Source of the DNA: Candidatus Bathyarchaeia archaeon
Lineage (GTDB): Archaea; Thermoproteota; Bathyarchaeia; Bathyarchaeales; Bathycorpusculaceae
NCBI GenBank assembly: GCA_038883715.1
Contig: JAVZLS010000025.1
Coordinates: forward strand, 1-11,061
Length of the DNA: 11,061 bases
Direction: 5' to 3'
Part shown: positions 6,164 to 11,061 of the stretch, piece by piece
How positions within the stretch are numbered: the stretch's first letter is position 1
How the letters are laid out: every line of letters begins with the position of its first letter
Made by a program: the position numbers and the translations under genes
Notes under the pieces: generated by a model
What the model was told of the DNA's origin: nothing
Database searches by the model: none
What the model saw: only the letters and a program-made list of their open reading frames with translations

Positions 6164-7339
6164 CTATTTTGTGTGAATTTCAACAACGTCTCCATCTTCA
6201 AGGGTGAATGTGGCCCCAACCCTTTGGGGACTGAAGACGAGGCGTTTAGCCCAAACCCTTGCATAGGCAAAATTCTCGCTCAAGTCGCTGTGGATATTTC
6301 TGGCTAAATCATACACTGTTGAGCCCCTCTTCATGACAAAGGGCTTTTCAGAAGCACTTTTTTCAGCCGGCTCCTTTGTGTATACACGAATTAGGTCCAA
6401 AGTTTTGAATAGCGCCTCGCCTATCTCTTTTATGCCGGTTCCTGTCTTGCATGAAATGGCAATTATCGGAAGTTGTCCGCCAACATACTCCTCTAAAATT
6501 TTAAGGTTTGCTTCTGCGTTTTCCACGTCAACCTTGTTTGCAACAATTATGGCTGGCTTGTAAACCGTGCTTTCGAAGATAGCATCTTCAACGTCGTCCA
6601 GTGTTGCCTCGCCATAAATTTTGACAACAGCGTCTGTAACCCTATAGCTTTTCAGAAGCTCCTCAACATCCTTAAAATTGCAATTTAAAAGCCTTCCAAA
6701 AACTATTATGCGCAAGCCGGCGCCCATATACTTCCTTTCAATTTCAACCCGTGCTTTCGGCTTGCTAACAAGTATCCGCGTCTTCTCCAATTCGTTGAAA
6801 ATTGTGGAAAGCTGCCAAACAGGGTCTTGTGTTAAATCCACCATTAGGATTAAGCCGTCGGCATTTCTAGCCAAGGCAAGGGTTTGAAGACCCCACGCTC
6901 TCCCGTCCGCTGCGCCTTCCATTAGAGCTGGAGCCTCAACAAGCTGAAATTGAATATCCTCGTAGGGAAGCATTCCGGGAACAGGCTCTTTAGTGGTGTA
7001 TGGAGCTGGTGAAACCTCAACTTTTGCGTTCGTGGCAGAAACGAGAAGACTGCTTTTCCCAACATTTGTCAAACCCAAAATAACTATTTGGGCTGCACCA
7101 TCCTTTTCTATAAAGAATTTTGGTCCTCCCCTGCCAGCCTTTCGCTGCTTTCCCTCCTCAAGCTCTCTCCGCAGAACAGCCATCTGCTTCTTAACTTGGG
7201 CGCATAACTTGGCCGTTCCCTTGTGCTTTGGAACAAGGCTTAGAAACTCTTGCATAAGCTGAAGTTTCTCCCTCGGGTTTCGTGCAGCTGAAACCTCAGC
7301 CCATTTTCGTTTGGCTTCCGCTGGCAGGTTTGTAGGCAT
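6164..7339 (-). CDS. DRG/OBG-family GTPase with C-terminal TGS domain (archaeal MPxNLP-type)
   Basis: MPTNLPAEAK N-terminus, VPKHKGT, G1 GLTNVGKS, G2 PYTT, G4 NKVD, TGS-like IRVYTK...IHSDL...LEDGDVVEIH. ATG 7339 preferred over TTG 7369. Confidence 0.93.
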   Translation of the reverse strand: MPTNLPAEAKRKWAEVSAARNPREKLQLMQEFLSLVPKHKGTAKLCAQVKKQMAVLRRELEEGKQRKAGRGGPKFFIEKDGAAQIVILGLTNVGKSSLLVSATNAKVEVSPAPYTTKEPVPGMLPYEDIQFQLVEAPALMEGAADGRAWGLQTLALARNADGLILMVDLTQDPVWQLSTIFNELEKTRILVSKPKARVEIERKYMGAGLRIIVFGRLLNCNFKDVEELLKSYRVTDAVVKIYGEATLDDVEDAIFESTVYKPAIIVANKVDVENAEANLKILEEYVGGQLPIIAISCKTGTGIKEIGEALFKTLDLIRVYTKEPAEKSASEKPFVMKRGSTVYDLARNIHSDLSENFAYARVWAKRLVFSPQRVGATFTLEDGDVVEIHTK

Positions 7340-7399
7340 AAGCCGTACGCGTCCCAAAACTTTATTCAAAGCGAATGCTAATATCCATTTCGAAAGGAC

Positions 7400-7747
7400 A
7401 TGCCAAACGGCGACCTACTTTTCAAAGTTAAAATAGTGCAGCTTATCATCGCGGGACAACTTGACAAAGCTCTATCTATGCTAAGTCGCCACTATAGCGT
7501 TGATTCTCCACATTTAAAGGTTGGAATGCCTAAGGGACACCGTGGCAAAGCTGGATGCTATGTTCCCAAAACAAAAACCATTTATATTATCAACCATGAA
7601 AAGATTAGAGATCCCTTTATCATCCTCCACGAGTTTTACCATCACCTCCGAACCTTCGGCGGAAAACATAAAGGAACGGAGAAAAACGCGGACAAATTCG
7701 CAAAAGATTTCATAGAAGCCTACAGAAATTTTGCAAATGTCCAATAA
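7400..7747 (+). CDS. small zincin-like metallopeptidase (HExxH; ImmA/IrrE, Peptidase_M78-like)
   Basis: FIILHEFYHH followed by TEKNADKFA (ExxAxxFA third-ligand motif); GCY...KTIYI strands upstream. Confidence 0.75.
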   Translation: MPNGDLLFKVKIVQLIIAGQLDKALSMLSRHYSVDSPHLKVGMPKGHRGKAGCYVPKTKTIYIINHEKIRDPFIILHEFYHHLRTFGGKHKGTEKNADKFAKDFIEAYRNFANVQ

Positions 7748-7776
7748 TTCACGCTTCAAACGTTTTTATCATAAAC

Positions 7777-7784
7777 TTAAAATA
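7777..7784 (+). promoter_or_regulatory. putative TATA box of EF-1alpha
   Basis: ATAAAC-TTAAAATA; GGAGG SD at 7848-7852. Confidence 0.4.
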
Positions 7785-7859
7785 ATTGAATGAACAGTTG
7801 TGTAAACGAATCCACTAAAAATAGGGAAAATTTAGAGTTTAAAGTATGGAGGAAAAGGG

Positions 7860-9167
7860 ATGAGCAGACCGGAAAAACCCCACCTAAACCTAGTGATCAT
7901 GGGGCATGTTGACCATGGAAAGTCAACAACAACGGGTCACATGCTCTACCTAGCTGGAGTCGTTGACGAAAGAACCGTAAAGCAATACGAAGAAGAAGCC
8001 AGAAAAATGGGAAAGGAAACCTTCAAGTTTGCATGGATTCTCGACAACCTAAAAGAGGAGCGGGAAAGAGGACTAACAATAGACCTAAGATTCCTAAAAT
8101 TTGAAACCAAAAAATACTACTTCACAATCATCGACGCGCCAGGCCACAGAGACTTCGTTAAAAACATGATTACAGGCGCAAGTCAAGCCGACGGCGCCAT
8201 ACTATTCGTCTCAGCGAAAAGAGGAGAATTCGAAGCTGGCATAGGCCCAGGCGGACAAACAAGGGAGCACGCCTTTTTGGCTTTCACTTTGGGCGTTAAC
8301 CAGCTTGTGGTCGCCATAAACAAGATGGACGACCCCACGGTTAACTGGAGCCAGGAACGCTACAACGAGGTCAAAAACGAAGTTGCCAGAATGCTCAGAA
8401 TGGTCGGCTACAAAGTTGAGAAGGTTCCGTTCGTACCAACTTCTGGATGGACCGGCGACAACCTTGTCAAGCCCAGCGACAAAATGCCATGGTACAAAGG
8501 ACCAACACTAATAGAGGCATTAGACGTTTTCGAACTTCCTCCAAAACCACTTGACAAGCCTCTGAGGATTCCAATACAGGACGTTTACAGCATAACTGGT
8601 GTAGGAACGGTACCGGTTGGCAGGGTCGAAACAGGAGTTCTTAAGGAAGGCGATACAGTCATATTCATGCCCGCCAACAAGCAAGGCGAAGTTAAGTCAA
8701 TAGAGATGCACCACACAAGAATCCCAAGGGCTGAACCAGGCGACAACATAGGCTTCAACGTTAGAGGCATAGCCAAAACAGACATACGGCGAGGAGACGT
8801 CTGCGGACATGTCAACAACCCGCCAACAGTAGCGCGGGAGTTCATAGGCCAAATAATCGTCATATATCACCCAACAGCCATAGCCGCCGGCTACACGCCA
8901 GTGCTCCACTATCATACTGGACAGATGGCGTGCAGATTCACAGAACTAATAAGGAAGATTGACCCACGCTCCGGACAGGTTGTCGAGGAAAAGCCGTCCT
9001 TCCTAAAGACCGGAGATGCTGCACTAGTGCGGATGGAGCCACTACGTCCAATAGCCATTGAAGCCTACTCTGAGTTTTCAGAGCTTGGAAGGTTCGCCGT
9101 AAGGGACATGGGAACAACCATAGCCGCTGGCATCGTGAAGGAAATAACCAAGAAGGGGCTGCAATAG
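7860..9167 (+). CDS. tuf: translation elongation factor EF-1alpha (aEF1A)
   Basis: [63 protein letters not shown]. Confidence 0.99.
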   Translation: MSRPEKPHLNLVIMGHVDHGKSTTTGHMLYLAGVVDERTVKQYEEEARKMGKETFKFAWILDNLKEERERGLTIDLRFLKFETKKYYFTIIDAPGHRDFVKNMITGASQADGAILFVSAKRGEFEAGIGPGGQTREHAFLAFTLGVNQLVVAINKMDDPTVNWSQERYNEVKNEVARMLRMVGYKVEKVPFVPTSGWTGDNLVKPSDKMPWYKGPTLIEALDVFELPPKPLDKPLRIPIQDVYSITGVGTVPVGRVETGVLKEGDTVIFMPANKQGEVKSIEMHHTRIPRAEPGDNIGFNVRGIAKTDIRRGDVCGHVNNPPTVAREFIGQIIVIYHPTAIAAGYTPVLHYHTGQMACRFTELIRKIDPRSGQVVEEKPSFLKTGDAALVRMEPLRPIAIEAYSEFSELGRFAVRDMGTTIAAGIVKEITKKGLQ

Positions 9168-9171
9168 CCTC

Positions 9172-9200
9172 ATCCTCTCTTTTTATCCATTTTGATTTTG
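9172..9200 (+). terminator. pyrimidine/U-rich terminator after tuf
   Basis: TCTCTTTTTATCCATTTTGATTTTG directly after the stop codon. Confidence 0.5.
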
Positions 9201-9306
9201 AAGGTAAGTAAGCAGACAATCTTCTTTATAGAAGGGCACAAAAGCAGAGAGGAACCGCAAGAGAAAATAAAGTCAAAGTTTGTAGGATAGCATTAGAGTT
9301 GAGGCT

Positions 9307-10014
9307 ATGTCTGGGGCTGAAACACTCCTCCCGTATTTGAAGGAGAAGAAGGGCGAAGAACAAGAACCCACAATAATTGTGGATAGCCGTGAGGCAAGCA
9401 GCGCTGGAAAGGTCGTTAAGGGGCTCCGGGAACGTGGCGTAAACGTGAAAATTGAGCCTTTGGAAAAGGGAGACTACATTTTATCCGATGTTTGTGCTGT
9501 TGAGCGTAAAAGGGTTCAAGACTTTGTTTACACGCTTACGCACCGCTACCTCTTCGAGCAGCTTTTCAAGCTTAAGGAGGCTTACCCCAAAGCATTGATT
9601 CTATTGGAGGGCTATATGCCCATAATCTACAAGTTTAGCAGAATAAAGCCGGAAGCCGTTTGGGGCGCCCTATTTAATTTGGCAAAAAACGGTGTGGCCA
9701 TAGTTAACACTACATCATACAAAGAGACCGTTGACTTCCTATACATTGCCGCCCGCCAAGAGCAAATAGTGGAAAAGAGAGTGCCAACGGTGCATCCAGT
9801 CAAGAAATGTGAAACCCTTGAGGATGCCCAAATATTCTTTGTGGCCAGTTTGCCCAATATTGGGAGGGAGAAAGCCATAGCAATTCTTAAATCTTATCAG
9901 ACACCGTTAAATGCCTTTCTAAATGTTGACGAGTGGCCAAAAACTGTTTACGGTCTTGGACCAAAAATAAGCAGCAGAGTTAAAGAAGTGTTAAACACGC
10001 CATTTAAAGGGTGA
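9307..10014 (+). CDS. xpf: short XPF/ERCC4 structure-specific endonuclease (nuclease + tandem HhH, no helicase domain)
   Basis: IIVDSRE, GDYILS, AVERKRVQDF (ERKxxxD), HhH motifs LPNIGREKA and VYGLGPKI. Confidence 0.93.
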   Translation: MSGAETLLPYLKEKKGEEQEPTIIVDSREASSAGKVVKGLRERGVNVKIEPLEKGDYILSDVCAVERKRVQDFVYTLTHRYLFEQLFKLKEAYPKALILLEGYMPIIYKFSRIKPEAVWGALFNLAKNGVAIVNTTSYKETVDFLYIAARQEQIVEKRVPTVHPVKKCETLEDAQIFFVASLPNIGREKAIAILKSYQTPLNAFLNVDEWPKTVYGLGPKISSRVKEVLNTPFKG

Positions 10015-10023
10015 AGAAGGCGT

Positions 10024-10377
10024 ATGAACGTGGAAATTGCCTCAACGAAAAAGGTTACAGTTTTAGGACTGGACAAGCGAAGCGTAGGCGACATTGCATG
10101 GTGCGCCACTACCTATGGTGCGAATAGACTTTACTGGATAGACGGCTATTTGCTGTGCCTAGAAGTTTATGAGAAGTCCTTTGAACATGAGTTGAAAAAC
10201 AGGGAGTTTCCAATAAGCCAAATATGCTATGCGGAATTCCCAAAATATGAAAAGATTTATGAGGTGGACAAAAGCCTCCAAATTCCAGTGGTGAACGTTT
10301 CAGACATGAAAATATTTAAAAACATATTGAAAGCCATAAAGGAAAATGCAAAAACTGAAGGCGAGCAAAAGGGCTAG
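10024..10377 (+). CDS. hypothetical protein, probably co-transcribed with xpf
   Basis: 117-aa ORF 9 nt after the xpf stop, with GGGTGA upstream; globular-looking sequence (LYWIDGYLL, IPVVNVS). Confidence 0.85.
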   Translation: MNVEIASTKKVTVLGLDKRSVGDIAWCATTYGANRLYWIDGYLLCLEVYEKSFEHELKNREFPISQICYAEFPKYEKIYEVDKSLQIPVVNVSDMKIFKNILKAIKENAKTEGEQKG

Positions 10378-10385
10378 TGGTGAAT

Positions 10386-10991
10386 TTAGGCTTCTTTAAG
10401 CATTTTGGCATATTTGTAGCCAAGTTCAAAAGCATTTACATTCATTTTGGCGTATTTTCCCGGGACAAGCTCTTCCAAAGCCTCTATTAGGCTCTCCTTT
10501 TTTATTGGCAATTTCCCAATGGCAGATAAAGTTCCAAGCAGAACCGCGTTCTGCATTACGGCACTTCCAGCTTCTTTTGCGAGCCTTAAAGCTTCGATAA
10601 CGACAATGTTTTTAGAAAAGCGCCTTAACTTTTCAAGGATTTCCTCCAGCCTCGGGTAGCTTTCACCTTTTAACGTAAACTCTGGCGGAGGAATCTTTTC
10701 GTCCCCCATAATTATGAGGGTTTTTTCAGAAGCATACTTCACATTTCTTAAAGTTTCCAGAGGTTCAAATCCCAGTAGGACATCTGCTTGTCCGTCAAGG
10801 ACTAGTGGAGACAAAACGTTTTCGCCTATTCTAACGGTGCATAAGACGGCTCCCCCTCGCTGAGCCATTCCGTGGATTTCGCCGACGCGAACATTTAAGC
10901 CTTCCTTCACGGCGGCTGTTCCAAGAACTTCAGCCGCCAAAAGTATGCCTTGACCGCCAACGCCGGCAAGAACAATGTTAAACTCCTTCAT
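10386..10991 (-). CDS. iorB: indolepyruvate:ferredoxin oxidoreductase beta subunit
   Basis: NIVLAGVGGQGILL, EIHGMAQRGGAV, ADVLLGFEPLE, NAVLLG, NVNAFELG. Start likely ATG 10991 (11003 possible); the track's extension overlaps iorA. Confidence 0.93.
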   Translation of the reverse strand: MKEFNIVLAGVGGQGILLAAEVLGTAAVKEGLNVRVGEIHGMAQRGGAVLCTVRIGENVLSPLVLDGQADVLLGFEPLETLRNVKYASEKTLIIMGDEKIPPPEFTLKGESYPRLEEILEKLRRFSKNIVVIEALRLAKEAGSAVMQNAVLLGTLSAIGKLPIKKESLIEALEELVPGKYAKMNVNAFELGYKYAKMLKEA

Positions 10992-11005
10992 TCCGCGTGT
11001 CATCC

Positions 11006-11061
11006 TCACACTTGTTTTGCTGGTTCTATGGCTTTGTATGGGCAAACATGGGCGCATAAAC
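11006..11061 (-). CDS. iorA: 3' end of indolepyruvate:ferredoxin oxidoreductase alpha subunit, partial
   Basis: Minus strand from 11059 reads LCAHVCPYKAIEPAKQV*, the CxxxCP end of a 4Fe-4S ferredoxin motif, directly upstream of iorB. Confidence 0.82.
   Translation of the reverse strand, partial: LCAHVCPYKAIEPAKQV

Noticed and set aside
7846-7863. Mini-ORF MEEKG overlapping the tuf start
   Set aside because: Likely a by-product of the GGAGG SD preceded by AT; it has no SD of its own.
1090-10659. Many short antisense or overlapping ORFs in the track (e.g. 1541-1870, 2182-2475, 3606-4061, 5158-5661, 8938-9219)
   Set aside because: Shadow frames of well-supported genes, with Ser/Phe/Leu-rich antisense composition and no motifs.
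10761-10773. GGTTCAAATCCC resembling the tRNA T-arm (possible attR)
   Set aside because: It lies inside iorB and encodes that protein's own GFEP segment; the match does not extend.
1-11061. CRISPR array, IS element, rRNA, intein or tRNA intron
   Set aside because: No regularly spaced repeats, transposase, terminal inverted repeats or length anomalies seen; the tRNA anticodon loop is a normal 7 nt.

Overview
Archaeal genomic window. The gene set and protein features suggest a TACK archaeon, probably Bathyarchaeia-like; this is inference, not verified. It is mostly housekeeping: a partial cyclophilin-like gene, tRNA-Ala(CGC), cysS, a lipoate ligase catalytic domain, uS12-uS7, a DRG-type GTPase, EF-1alpha, a short XPF/ERCC4 nuclease, iorB and the end of iorA. 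The first ~2.7 kb, just downstream of the tRNA, is the unusual part. It holds (i) an unannotated box C/D-like RNA (449-512) with its own TATA box, whose two guides pair with each other and one of which resembles the complement of a conserved 16S rRNA segment; (ii) a pentameric ligand-gated ion channel with a glycine-receptor-like M2 helix; (iii) a long hairpin (2339-2426) with a CU-rich, anti-SD-like loop ahead of an unannotated 48-aa ORF; and (iv) a promoter- and SD-equipped antisense ORF through the tRNA that looks like an SSV-type intN remnant. The str-like cluster is split by a divergent DRG GTPase/HExxH metallopeptidase pair and lacks EF-2 and uS10 here. All RNA structures were paired by eye and no database search was run.
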